A stretch of 64,000 nt of DNA, taken from assembly GCA_965644495.1 (NCBI GenBank), contig CBFFSA010000001.1, positions 1,178,001 to 1,242,000 on the forward strand, given 5' to 3'. Below, piece by piece: positions 11,246-21,597 of this stretch. Each line of letters begins with the position of its first letter. Position 1 is the stretch's first letter. The position numbers and the translations under genes were made by a program. Below the pieces are notes generated by a model. It had not been told where the DNA came from, searched no databases, and saw nothing but the letters and a program-made list of their open reading frames with translations. Source of the stretch: Perkinsela sp. CCAP 1560/9. Taxonomy: Eukaryota; Protista; Euglenozoa: Kinetoplastea.

Positions 11246-12025
11246 CATTTTTGGGTAGGAAGAATCCGCGAGTGGGCCGTTTAGAGTCTGAGAATTTGGT
11301 GAAAGTAAAGGAAAATTCGCTTTTCTTATGACTTTTTAGCTTGACCTTTTTATTTTCGACAAAAGGACATTATCTACGTACATAATATTGTATATGACTA
11401 TTGTATACCCATTTTCCGTTATTTTCTATGGTATACCAGGGGTGTCGGGGGTTCGCTTGTCGAAGAAAGTTCACCCTCAGCCGTATATCACGCCGGAGGG
11501 AAGCACAGTGCGAGCAGTGGCTTCGAAGCCACGGGCTTGTCACGAGAAGCATTTCCTGTGGAAAAAGGACACACTCATCACCAAAAGAAATGGAATTAGA
11601 GGATAGTGTGTGGCACTGTACTAAGAAATGCAAGGGTAGGTTTCTAGATAGGGTGTAAACTAGGGTGTAAAGCAATTTCTTTTTCAAAAAAGGCGAATTT
11701 TCCTTTACTTTAACCGAGAATTTACATCCTGTTAACTCCAGTAATTTTCTACGTACTCTCCTATGAGGCGTACACTGGTTTTCTTTAAGAGAACGCACAA
11801 CACCTTGATCTTGCATAACAAAAATTTCTTTGGAGCGTTCGTGAAAGTTGTTTTCAACAAGCGGCAAACAATCGTTCCGTTATTTTGAAAATTGAATTCT
11901 GTTATTTTGTTGCATAAAAATTAATGAGAGGGGAGTACTGACTATGAATATTTCGAATTTTGGCAAATATTTTTTTAGTCTCAACAACTTCATATTTAAG
12001 TTTAAAATTTAAATATTTTAGCTGT

Positions 12026-12739
12026 ATGAACATCTTACCTGTTTTTGTAGGACAGGACTACGGAAGACGCTGCGGCGCTAAAGTGAGGGGTGCGATTCTT
12101 CCGCCAGAGTCAGAGCTTTCTCGCCTTCTAAACAATGTAAGCCGCGCTGACATTACGTGGCAATCCGACGTGTCCGCATGTTCTTGGAAAGGGGTTCTCT
12201 GTGATAAATTGGACAACGTTGTATCTATTTTTTGGTGGGGAATGAATCTTCATGGTACCTTTGCTTGGGCATATCTTCCTAGAACCTTGCAATACGGTTA
12301 CTTTGGGGAACAGAAGGAAGCTCATGAAGTGCGACGAAACCAACTACAGGGTAACAACCTTGATCTCGAAAATCTTCCAAATGCAATAAAAAAGTTTGAC
12401 GTCTCAGGAAATCAACTTACAGGGACGCTTGATATTTCGAATTTGCCTGCCACATTGGATGGATTGTGGGCTTACAACAATCAGTTCTATGGAAAGATTA
12501 ATCTGCTATCACTTCCTTCAGGTTTACGTACGATTGATCTCCATGGCAACAATCTCACGGGTTCGCTGGACTTTACGAGCCTTCCGGACTCGATGGTATC
12601 GCTTCGCTTGCAGGGAAATCACTTTCAAGGCGAAATAGACTTCCAGTTTCTTCCGAAAGGATTAAAAAAGCTTGATCTTTCTGGAAACAGCTTTGATAAG
12701 GGGGACCTTGTAGGTGCTCCAACTTTCAGCAAAATCTAG
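12026..12739 (+). CDS. LRR family protein
   Basis: First ATG at 12026. Cap ACSWKGVLC and repeats such as NQLTGTLDISNLP. Confidence 0.9.
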   Translation: MNILPVFVGQDYGRRCGAKVRGAILPPESELSRLLNNVSRADITWQSDVSACSWKGVLCDKLDNVVSIFWWGMNLHGTFAWAYLPRTLQYGYFGEQKEAHEVRRNQLQGNNLDLENLPNAIKKFDVSGNQLTGTLDISNLPATLDGLWAYNNQFYGKINLLSLPSGLRTIDLHGNNLTGSLDFTSLPDSMVSLRLQGNHFQGEIDFQFLPKGLKKLDLSGNSFDKGDLVGAPTFSKI

Positions 12740-12819
12740 TGCTGCTTGGAAATATTGACCAACGTTACATTATGTAGGCGAAGAAGTGCAATGTGAAGAC
12801 TTTAATATGATAAAGAGTA

Positions 12820-13043
12820 CAGGGAGGATTGATTATATGCCTTTAATTCGACTGACTTTTGGTAACCCAGGGTTGAGTTTTTAATCGTGTTACTTTTAAT
12901 CGTGTTAAATAATGTTTTGTCAATTTTATTGTCCAAATAGCGTAGACACGATATTCAGAACGAAATCTCTCTTTTGCAACAAAAATCAGCTCAAACGGCC
13001 TCAGGACGCCAAAATACGGACCTTGTCAGTTCCCCCCCCCCTG
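12820..13043. mobile_element. Possible TA-flanked MITE
   Basis: TA|CAGGGAGG ... CCCCCCCTG|TA. The TIR is short and imperfect. Confidence 0.4.
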
Positions 13044-13419
13044 TATAGTACTACACAGTATAGTTCCTTGATGGCAAGTTCTGCCATGGGGAGAATAAAC
13101 GTAGGAAATAAAAAAAATCAACAAGGTACAGAAACTGTATCCAGAACATGAATTTGATCTTGGTCATTTCTTGCGTGGTCATCTTTTGTTGAATTTCGTT
13201 GCGTAGCTTAGTCACTTTCGTAACTTTGCTTTGGCACTATTCCTGCACCAACATACGTGGAGCAATTTTTTCTTTTGTGTGGTGCACCTGGTGTCTTATT
13301 ATTGCGGCAAAGTTCATCCAGAACTATTCCATGATTTTTGAAGAAGGCCGCGAAAGCTTGCGGATGATCCCCATCCTGATTTCATCTGAGGACGCAGCGA
13401 GGGTCAAAACAAGTGCACA

Positions 13420-14460
13420 TGTCAGAAAAAACAAGAAAAAACAAGTATTCAAAGCACGAAAAATCAATACACCCCAAAATAGAAAAACTATTTTTTTGGT
13501 ACAATATAAACTAACATTGCCCTAAAATCGCAATTAAGAGGCCCCATGTAAAGTTGTTTCCGTACCGGCTTCTGTAATTTTAGTGATGATAAAAAACAAA
13601 TTGCCTCACTCCATTACTTATCCACACAAAAAAACAACCCATCTATCCCTCTCTCCCCACCCACCCCTCATGCCCGGCAACTACTTTGACGCCCACGACA
13701 TCCTCTACACCCGCGAGAAACTCCCTCTCCGCCTAACCACCCATATTTACCAAGGTAACCTCCTTCGTCGTACCTGTCACTTTCTTGAACTCCCCTCTTC
13801 CACCACCACCACCTCCACGTCCCCTTACCCCCCTACGCACAACAACAACAACAACACCCCCGACCCCACCCTCCACGCGCTCGCCGGCACCCGTCTCTCC
13901 GCCCCCCTCTACGTGGCCTCCACCCTCTCCACCTCCACCCCCCGGGGCGCCTACCTCGAGATCCCCCCGCTGTACGACACCGCGGCGACCCGGGCGCTGG
14001 TGCTCCCCGCGACGGTGCGCTGCGGGTCGGGGCTCCCCGCGGTGGTCGCGGGCCCGGGCCTCCCGCCGTACTACTACGACGTGGGGATGGGGGTGGCGGG
14101 CGGGGTGAGCCACCGCGAGGCGGGGGACCGGATCCGCCGCGGGGTGCTGGCGGTGTACCAGAACCGGTACGGGAAGGTGGTGCGGGCGGGGATGGGGGGG
14201 ATGGGGAAGGGGGGGGTGCGGTGTGTGAGGGAGAGGGCGCTGGTGGAGGGGGTGGAGAGGGGGGAGGGGGGGTGAGGGAGGGGGGAGAGAAGAGGAAGAA
14301 AAAGAGGGGGGGGGGGGGGTAAATAGAGTGTATATAATTTCTTTTGTGTGTAGGTTATATTAAGATGGGGTGGGTAGAGTTGTGTAGATATGGTGTTTGT
14401 GTGTGCGTGGTTTGGGTGAAAATCGTTTTTATGTGTATTTTTTAGGGGTCGTCGGGGTTA
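13420..14460. other. Strand-skew flip island (A/C-rich to G/T-rich, switch ~14000-14070)
   Basis: A/C-rich 13420-13980, G-rich 14080-14320, GT-rich 14340-14460. Confidence 0.9.
13670..14275 (+). CDS. PSF3: GINS complex subunit Psf3-like protein
   Basis: YFDAHDILYTREKLP, GTRLSAPLYVA, LEIPPLY, PYYYDVG and YQNRY follow the Psf3 pattern. ATG at 13670. Confidence 0.7.
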   Translation: MPGNYFDAHDILYTREKLPLRLTTHIYQGNLLRRTCHFLELPSSTTTTSTSPYPPTHNNNNNTPDPTLHALAGTRLSAPLYVASTLSTSTPRGAYLEIPPLYDTAATRALVLPATVRCGSGLPAVVAGPGLPPYYYDVGMGVAGGVSHREAGDRIRRGVLAVYQNRYGKVVRAGMGGMGKGGVRCVRERALVEGVERGEGG

Positions 14461-14525
14461 CGACTTACATCATATTTTTTGAATTTAGAATTTAGATAGA
14501 TTGGTAGAGACAGGTATCCTTGTGT

Positions 14526-15800
14526 ATGATTGTGCGAACTGCGTTTCAATTTTCACGCAATGTTGAGGGCATAGCGCCCAGGCTTGCCGTGCCGATCCAC
14601 GGGAATAAGGCGTCGTGTTCTACCTTCCAGGGAGTTTTAACAATAACAAGTTTCCGTAAATTTTCATCTGATGCATCAGAGGGTTCAAAGGCTGCGCCGA
14701 ACTCAAGTTCGTACTATAAAAAGTGGAAGAAGAATTGTGCTCCTGTTTCAAAGAAGAAGAAACTAGCTCTCGCAGAAAATTACAAGGCGCTAGTTGCGAA
14801 ATATCCCGGTGAGTTTATTCCGGGAAGTCAGTTCGACTACTTCAAGGAAACAAAAAAATTTGAGCGCCGCACAAAACCGTGGCATTTCAAGGAAGACGAA
14901 ATGATAAAAATAGCAACCTGGAACGTGGCATCTCTTCGGTCCTTAGTGGAGGGCCGACCTTACATGCTTAACTATCTGACTCAGGGAGAAAAGGCAGATA
15001 TTATTTGTTTGCAAGAAACAAAGCTTTCTTCGAAAACTAACCCTTCTGTAATTGGTCAACTCCCAGGTTACACCTTTTTCGATTCACTGAGTACGGAGAG
15101 ACAAGGGTACAGTGGAACGCGCACGTACGTAAAGGATGGATTTGATGCAACGCACTTTGAAGGCTTTCTTGTACGCGACGGCTTTGCTGTGGATACCTGT
15201 CCTCATGGTCGCCTCGTAACGTCCTCCATAGCCCTCCCCTCGGAGCGATTTCCTAATGTTTCCAAAGAAATGTCTGCTATAAAAGTAGTGAACACGTACG
15301 TCCCGACGTCAGGTTTAGACCGCGAAACGGGTAAGTTTCCAAAGCTTCCGCAGAGGTTATTGTGGGACGAGAAGCTTCGAGGCCATCTTGTCAATTTAAA
15401 ACATGGATCTGCGAGTCCCCCACTTCCGATTCCCGGTGGAGATGCCATAATATGGACCGGAGATTTCAACGTTATGAAAGACCTGGATCATTATTGGAAA
15501 GGGGACTACGGAACCATGCTGCAAACACCCGGGTTTGCGTTCGAGGAGAGAAAGTCGTTTGACCTAACCTTAAAAACCAGTGGGATGAAGGACGCCTTTC
15601 GCCACCTTTATCCAAATGCAGCGCATAGTTATACGTTCTGGTCACACTACGAAAAAGGGAAATACGGAAATCGAGGACTACGTCTGGACGGCTTCGCTGT
15701 CAAGAATCGCTACTTGCCGCAGGTGGTTGATGTGTACCCTTTACGACAAGTCCTAGGTAGCGACCATTGTCCGGTAATTATGTGGCTAAAAGTAGTATAA
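14526..15800 (+). CDS. APE1: Apurinic/apyrimidinic endonuclease (ExoIII/APE1 family)
   Basis: KIATWNV, DIICLQETK, GYSG, YVP, GDFNV, YTFW, RLD and GSDHCP motifs. Confidence 0.93.
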   Translation: MIVRTAFQFSRNVEGIAPRLAVPIHGNKASCSTFQGVLTITSFRKFSSDASEGSKAAPNSSSYYKKWKKNCAPVSKKKKLALAENYKALVAKYPGEFIPGSQFDYFKETKKFERRTKPWHFKEDEMIKIATWNVASLRSLVEGRPYMLNYLTQGEKADIICLQETKLSSKTNPSVIGQLPGYTFFDSLSTERQGYSGTRTYVKDGFDATHFEGFLVRDGFAVDTCPHGRLVTSSIALPSERFPNVSKEMSAIKVVNTYVPTSGLDRETGKFPKLPQRLLWDEKLRGHLVNLKHGSASPPLPIPGGDAIIWTGDFNVMKDLDHYWKGDYGTMLQTPGFAFEERKSFDLTLKTSGMKDAFRHLYPNAAHSYTFWSHYEKGKYGNRGLRLDGFAVKNRYLPQVVDVYPLRQVLGSDHCPVIMWLKVV

Positions 15801-16355
15801 TTTAAGGCTTGTGCGCAATAAGTAATATGGGGAATTTTTAAGCTTAGTATTCTAGGTTGTTTGAAGTGTCTTTCCAATTAGGCATAGAGAACACGTAAGT
15901 CGAATGATACGTCGAAAATAGCGAATTTTGTTTTCTTTATTTGCATGGTTTAGGTACCTTACGTGGTTTTTAGATTTGCCATTTACTACTGCTGGTGTAT
16001 ACTACTTCATGGTTTTAGAGGATATTTTTCTTCCTATTTATGCAGACAAATCTAGAAATGATTTTTGATAGACCTTTGTCCACATCCAGAGTGCAGTAAA
16101 GAGGAACACGCTCTTATAGAGATTTGTTTTGCAAATGCAAATTTAGTGAAATATACAGGGATTAAATACAGTATGTATCCAGAGATACCCGATAAAAATG
16201 GGAAATATGGCCCCATAAAAATGGGAATATGAATTTTAGTTAAAGAGTTTTAGATTTTTTCATGGTTATCTGTTGCTGTGGCACTATAGTACAGACTACT
16301 ACACTATACCATTCATTGTATCTTATTTTGATTTCTATTTTTGGAATACAAGAAT

Positions 16356-17234
16356 ATGTTTGGAATTGACCATTCCGCGATGCAACGAATCTACGTGGCT
16401 CATTTTCACGACGACGCACCGTCAGAGGTCAAGCAGAGACGTCCTCGTCTTTCCAAAGTAAGTCCTTTGCTCGCGTCCCCGGAGATGCAGTTCGAAAACT
16501 TTTTATCAAAGGTACACAAACCACATAATCTTTGGGATTCTAGTATGCCTGTGTGTTCTTGGTATGGAGTACGATGTAGCTCTTCGTTGGATATTACCCA
16601 ATTACTCTTTGCTGGTTTGAACTTAGGAGGTAACCTTACATGGTCCTACATTCCTGGACAACTTACTATGCTCCAACTTTCTCGCAATTATTTTTACGGC
16701 ACCGTCCCATTTGATGCGCTCCCTCCCAGGCTAGAAGAGATCTATCTGAACGCAAATGGGTTTTACGGTAGTGTTGCTCTTCATTCCCTTCCCGGTGAAT
16801 TACGAAAGCTCTCGCTGCGAACAAACAAATTTTCCGGATCACTAGATGTCACGACACTCCCTTGTTCTCTGCAGGAGTTTTGGCTTCAGTCAAATGAGTT
16901 CACCCAAAAGATTGATCTAGCGCTTCTTCCCGAAAAGATGTGCACACTTGCAGTCTCTCACAATCAGTTATGTGGAGAACTTGACTTCCTTCATCTTCCG
17001 AATTCTCTACATTGGTTGGATGTTAGTTTCAACCATTTTGTTGGGACTCCGGATTTGAGTCGGTTAAATCCGAAATTAAATTACTTGTATTTAAACAACA
17101 ACATGTTTTGCGGATGCATCGATCTTTCACCTATCACGTGCCCTGTTGTAAATTGTGGAAGACTGTCGCTAGGCTGCAATCTCTTTGATAGTTTTATTCC
17201 TGGAGCAGACATGAGGACAGTTGAATTCTATTAG
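16356..17234 (+). CDS. LRR family protein
   Basis: Cap VCSWYGVRC and ~7 LRRs. The start may be 16356 or 16380. Confidence 0.9.
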   Translation: MFGIDHSAMQRIYVAHFHDDAPSEVKQRRPRLSKVSPLLASPEMQFENFLSKVHKPHNLWDSSMPVCSWYGVRCSSSLDITQLLFAGLNLGGNLTWSYIPGQLTMLQLSRNYFYGTVPFDALPPRLEEIYLNANGFYGSVALHSLPGELRKLSLRTNKFSGSLDVTTLPCSLQEFWLQSNEFTQKIDLALLPEKMCTLAVSHNQLCGELDFLHLPNSLHWLDVSFNHFVGTPDLSRLNPKLNYLYLNNNMFCGCIDLSPITCPVVNCGRLSLGCNLFDSFIPGADMRTVEFY

Positions 17235-17315
17235 CCCATTAACCACTATATTTCTAGTTTGTTTGCATCTACAGCAGTTTAGAGCCATACATACATGTAT
17301 GACACTCCTTATATG

Positions 17316-17347
17316 GCAGGTGTAACAGTTTTCGTGCCCCCCCCCTG
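17316..17347. mobile_element. Possible solo Tc1/mariner-like TIR
   Basis: GGCAGGTGTAACAGTTTTCGTGCCCCCCCCCTG|TA has the same terminus as 13031-13045. No convincing partner TIR found. Confidence 0.3.
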
Positions 17348-17558
17348 TATAACAGAGGGGTTATGAACATCGAGTGTGTACGCCATACCCTAGTTTCTGT
17401 ATATGCTTGTGTTATGTACATGTCTTATACGACACCACTTATTTTTCAATACTTTTTCGTCCTAGAAGTTCACTATTTGCCACATGTCTGTATGAATCGC
17501 CTCTCCTGTACTTTTAAATGCAGCCAATCACACTACTCACTTTGACATTTCCAACCCC

Positions 17559-18746
17559 ATGAAAACATGGTCTCACAAGGTACTACACCAAGGCTTTATG
17601 GTCTCGCAAAGCTTTACAACCCCGATTCCTCCCAAACTCTCCCTTCCCCCTCGGCTCTCCTCTAAAAAGGGTATTTTACGTGATATATGGTATGCACAAC
17701 CCAACTGGTGTTCTCTGTGTTATGAGCCTTGTGGCACACAGCAATCCCACGACAAGGGTGAGCGCATCCACTCATGTTTGGAAGCCGTCTACGACAACGT
17801 GATGCGTCAAAGCGGAATTCGGTCTTGGAATACGCTGCGTTCAGTGCCTGTCTCCTCCGTGGTCCCTTTACACGCTGCTTATCAAAAATTAGATGAGGAG
17901 TGGGTATGTCGACTTTGCACGTTTCTACGTCGTTTTATGACCCACATGCGAAGTCGAGGGTTTGTAGTGGGAAACATGCATGAACTGAATTACAACATTG
18001 GTTCCATCCAGCTACGGTATCGTGTGGCGAGAGAAATGTACAAAGCATTCTCTCATACAGATTCGGGTTACTTAAGCGCGCTTCACACGCGTGCAATACA
18101 CGCCGTTAAACTTGACGAGGTTTACGAAAACCTCTCTTTTGATAACATGTTCAAGGAGTTAAGCAAAATCAATGTCGAAGCTGCTTATCGCAGCATTCTC
18201 GAGAATCAAAGCTTATCCACAGAGGCCAAAATGATGTACGGAATAAGTAGTTCAACTCCTAAAAGAATTCATCCCAGATCCAATGCCCAGAATCCAGAAT
18301 ACGACTCAACCCAATCCTCAGCAACACTCACTCGAGCGCGAAATCAACTTGCGCAAAACCGTGCAGCGGTGATTCGCTGCATTTATGGTGATATTTACCT
18401 TTTATACAATTACAATAACTTGTTTTCTTGCACGCCCGCCTCGGTTTCTAGCTCGCAGCGTTATCGTGTGAGTCCACTTGAGAGCCAAACCCTCACATGC
18501 AATACGTTCCCGAAATTGACTCTGTTTTATCATTCTCTTGCTCGGCATATTGTGGAAGTGATGCCAATGTATGTCTTCCACGCATCAGCACAAGAATACG
18601 TGAGTAGCATTGAACGAGCATGGCGGAGTCGTCATTTCGAAATAGGCACTGTTCCTGTGGCACAGAAAGGTTTTTTTGACAATCTATATTCACCAAGTTT
18701 GATGAATGCGCATATCGATCAAAAACAAAAATATTGCATCAAATGA
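17559..18746 (+). CDS. U1-like zinc finger plus degenerate RNase III domain protein (KREPB/KREN-like editosome protein)
   Basis: WCSLCYEP...SH...HSCLE zinc finger. NIGSIQLRYRVAREMYKAF...GYLS...LDEVY and AAVIRCIYGDIYL resemble RNase III signature helices without the catalytic acids. Confidence 0.55.
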   Translation: MKTWSHKVLHQGFMVSQSFTTPIPPKLSLPPRLSSKKGILRDIWYAQPNWCSLCYEPCGTQQSHDKGERIHSCLEAVYDNVMRQSGIRSWNTLRSVPVSSVVPLHAAYQKLDEEWVCRLCTFLRRFMTHMRSRGFVVGNMHELNYNIGSIQLRYRVAREMYKAFSHTDSGYLSALHTRAIHAVKLDEVYENLSFDNMFKELSKINVEAAYRSILENQSLSTEAKMMYGISSSTPKRIHPRSNAQNPEYDSTQSSATLTRARNQLAQNRAAVIRCIYGDIYLLYNYNNLFSCTPASVSSSQRYRVSPLESQTLTCNTFPKLTLFYHSLARHIVEVMPMYVFHASAQEYVSSIERAWRSRHFEIGTVPVAQKGFFDNLYSPSLMNAHIDQKQKYCIK

Positions 18747-19063
18747 ACTTGATAAGGTCACCATTTCAAAATAAGCCTTGTTTAGATGGCACATAAAAGT
18801 TTTTTCTTTTTTATATTTTTGATTCGATCGCATGTACCTTGAACTTAAGGTATGCATTCGTTGAAAATCCTTTAGGTGTTTGCCCAAACGACGATGGAAC
18901 CAGATTTGTTAAAGTGTTTCCAAGAATGTTCCCAAAACAAATATTTTTACCTGTAAGTACATGTACTATATCGCTGGATCGAAGGACTGGTCCAGTGTTC
19001 ACAATGGAAACGTTATGCTAAATGTACGTGATGCGCGCTTTTTATCAATATTCTTAAGAAGGA

Positions 19064-21289
19064 ATGTTTCGGTCATGTAAGTATTTGTTTTGCGTGCGGC
19101 GGTCATTGTGGACGGAAATCAACTATGAGACCATGAATCGAACTATTGCCGTAGCAAAAGTGGCCGGTGTTTTACGAAAACCGCCACATCCTCAACTTAC
19201 TACCGCCATTGAAATTCTTCTTCCAGAGAAAATTATGGAGTTTGTTAAGACCAACCATGCTTCCCTAGCATCGCTTATGGCGCTATATCCGGAATGTTTT
19301 AAATTGGAGAGCAATCGGGCGCAGGTCGTGACCGGTACACGTTTTAACCTGAAGGAAGCGAATCAATTTGCCGCGTTTAAAGAGAGGCTTTACAAATATT
19401 TGAACGGAGCAGGTTGGGTGAGTCTAAAACAATTGGTCTTACTCATGTCCTGTTCTATCGATGTGCATCAGCTGCGAGATATCTTATTGACCAGTGAAGA
19501 ATTGATTCAAGAATTTGTTGTTGGTACTACGATACCAGGAACGACCAAACCATGGACTTCTCTTGACGGTATTTCCATCGAGCAAGCGTTCCAGAGTCAC
19601 AAAGAGGAATTGAAGAAATCTAAAGCTGCACGGATCGAGGATTCTAATGCCGAAAATGTTGAAGAAGAAGATGGGAAATTCAATGTTGATGTTGAAGAAG
19701 AGTTCGATGGTATGGAGAATAAGGATGTGGAGAATGTTGACGACAAAAGGTCGACTTCATGTGCGCTACAAGTAGAACGCTGTACCTATTACGTTGCACA
19801 TAAAGCCTTTGCAGAGTTCTCTATTCAATACGGTCTCCATATTGGATCATATCAAAATGTCCTAGCTGGGGTGGAATTGCGGAGAAAATTTTATTTCATT
19901 TGTCCAGAGTATTGGATTTCCTGGAATGCCATGTGGAAAGCAAGCAAAAGCTCATCATCCCAAAAGATTCAACGTGAACTTCATGCTTTCGTGGAAGCTG
20001 TGGGTCATTGTAGAGCTCACGATGCACTATTTGATGAGATACAATTTGGCAGACGTAAAGATGACCTTTCACAAATCTATATACGCCGGTACCCGGGAAG
20101 GGTGTATCCAGCACCGTGCGTTGTGGAATATGGTGAGGAAGTGTGTCCTTTCGATATTCAATCGGTACTGAAGCTTGCTTTTTCTCTTCCTTCCACGCTT
20201 CTTCCCGAACGTGTGTATGTTGATCACGTGTTTCCATCATTATCGCCTTTATTGCAACGAAAATCGCGGCACCGCGAGACCCATCTTGATCTCCGTGAGC
20301 TTGCGACGATTTATCCCACTGTGTTTGCTACCAGTTACGACTATGAGCGAGGCCACGTACTATTTCGCAGCCGTCTCCGAGAGCGATATCCCTTACTGCA
20401 ACCCCTACAAGCGACGAACACGCACGAGGCCGAGAAGGCCTTTGAAGAAATTCTCAACGATGCGTCCCAGGAGCAAACCAAAAAAGAGCTCTTTGCCATC
20501 ATGGGACGTCCGCACCTAGACCCCCTACTCATCCTCAGCGAGCGGGTCCCGTACTACTGCAAGAGCGCTCGGGCCCACCTCGAACGACGAACTCCGGAGG
20601 AATTATGTCACCTCGCGTTGCAAGTGTTACCAGAGAACTCCGCAGAGGGTCTCACCACGGATGAGTTTATGGCTAAGCTAGAGCGACGCTTTGATGCGTC
20701 AACGGCAAACACCTTTTTTTTCAACGCCAAAGGAAAGCACCCCACGTTCGATCGGTTCTTTGCGTCATATCCCGAGCTGTTTTCGTGCAAGACTACAGAT
20801 TTCAGTGGAATGGGAGAAAAAGTTGTCATACGACGCGTAAAACCCTCTGAAGCGGTACCACCCTATCCCCCCTCTCACCAAGGCGTAGACCCGTCGATTC
20901 ACCCGGAACCCTCCGTTCATGCCTCCACGGAGACGGCAACCGAGGCGATGACGTCGGTAGCAACTAACAATAATAACAATCACATAGAAACTATAGCAAT
21001 GTCGAGTCCACAGGCCCCTGCGGATCCCCCTTCTGTGCCACAAGCAGCACCTTCCCCTGAGGTGGCTCTGCTAACCCCGGAGCAAGAAGCAGCGGTTGTG
21101 GAATTTATTATTAACCTGATTCGCACACGAGGGCATGAGCTTCATTTCACGTACGTCCGCGCCAGGCTTTCTCTGGACACCGCGGCAGCGATTGACGCGC
21201 GCTATAAACATTTTATACGATTTGTACGGTCTCATCCCTTTCACTTAACATATAATTCTTTGGGGAAAACGATAGGACTTGCATCTTAA
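19064..21289 (+). CDS. Hypothetical protein, 741 aa, probably mitochondrial; possible OST-HTH/LOTUS-like repeats
   Basis: MFRSCKYL..RR N-terminus. Recurrent (F/L)xx(F/L)xxxxPxxF motifs (SLASLMALYPECF, TFDRFFASYPELF, HFIRFVRSHPFHL). Confidence 0.7.
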   Translation: MFRSCKYLFCVRRSLWTEINYETMNRTIAVAKVAGVLRKPPHPQLTTAIEILLPEKIMEFVKTNHASLASLMALYPECFKLESNRAQVVTGTRFNLKEANQFAAFKERLYKYLNGAGWVSLKQLVLLMSCSIDVHQLRDILLTSEELIQEFVVGTTIPGTTKPWTSLDGISIEQAFQSHKEELKKSKAARIEDSNAENVEEEDGKFNVDVEEEFDGMENKDVENVDDKRSTSCALQVERCTYYVAHKAFAEFSIQYGLHIGSYQNVLAGVELRRKFYFICPEYWISWNAMWKASKSSSSQKIQRELHAFVEAVGHCRAHDALFDEIQFGRRKDDLSQIYIRRYPGRVYPAPCVVEYGEEVCPFDIQSVLKLAFSLPSTLLPERVYVDHVFPSLSPLLQRKSRHRETHLDLRELATIYPTVFATSYDYERGHVLFRSRLRERYPLLQPLQATNTHEAEKAFEEILNDASQEQTKKELFAIMGRPHLDPLLILSERVPYYCKSARAHLERRTPEELCHLALQVLPENSAEGLTTDEFMAKLERRFDASTANTFFFNAKGKHPTFDRFFASYPELFSCKTTDFSGMGEKVVIRRVKPSEAVPPYPPSHQGVDPSIHPEPSVHASTETATEAMTSVATNNNNNHIETIAMSSPQAPADPPSVPQAAPSPEVALLTPEQEAAVVEFIINLIRTRGHELHFTYVRARLSLDTAAAIDARYKHFIRFVRSHPFHLTYNSLGKTIGLAS

Positions 21290-21597
21290 ATATGCGTTTC
21301 GAGGACAACGGATTTTTGGGACGTGAAAGAGTATTTACATCAGAGACAAAGGGGATGCATTATGAGAATGTTGTTGCATTCTATCAAGTATACAAATACG
21401 TATTCTAACTGAAAACATCACGTTCAACGTAATTCTAGTAGCGTCATCTTCAGTGTGGGAGGGGGCAGCAGTATTGGAGCATGATATTTTAGGATGCGAA
21501 TTTTTTCAAACTAAAGATATTGCACTAGTCTTGATAGATTCCATGAGAAAAGTAGTTTTCACCAAGTAGGTGATACTCGTGGTCTTTCAAGGTCAAA

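Noticed and set aside
11400-11940. TE relic resembling the 47485 TIR
   Set aside because: The similar motifs all face the same way, with no paired TIRs or TSD.
16153-17349. Pack-type transposon carrying the LRR gene (TA|CAGGG ... CCCTG|TA)
   Set aside because: Only 5 bp of terminal identity, which is expected by chance.
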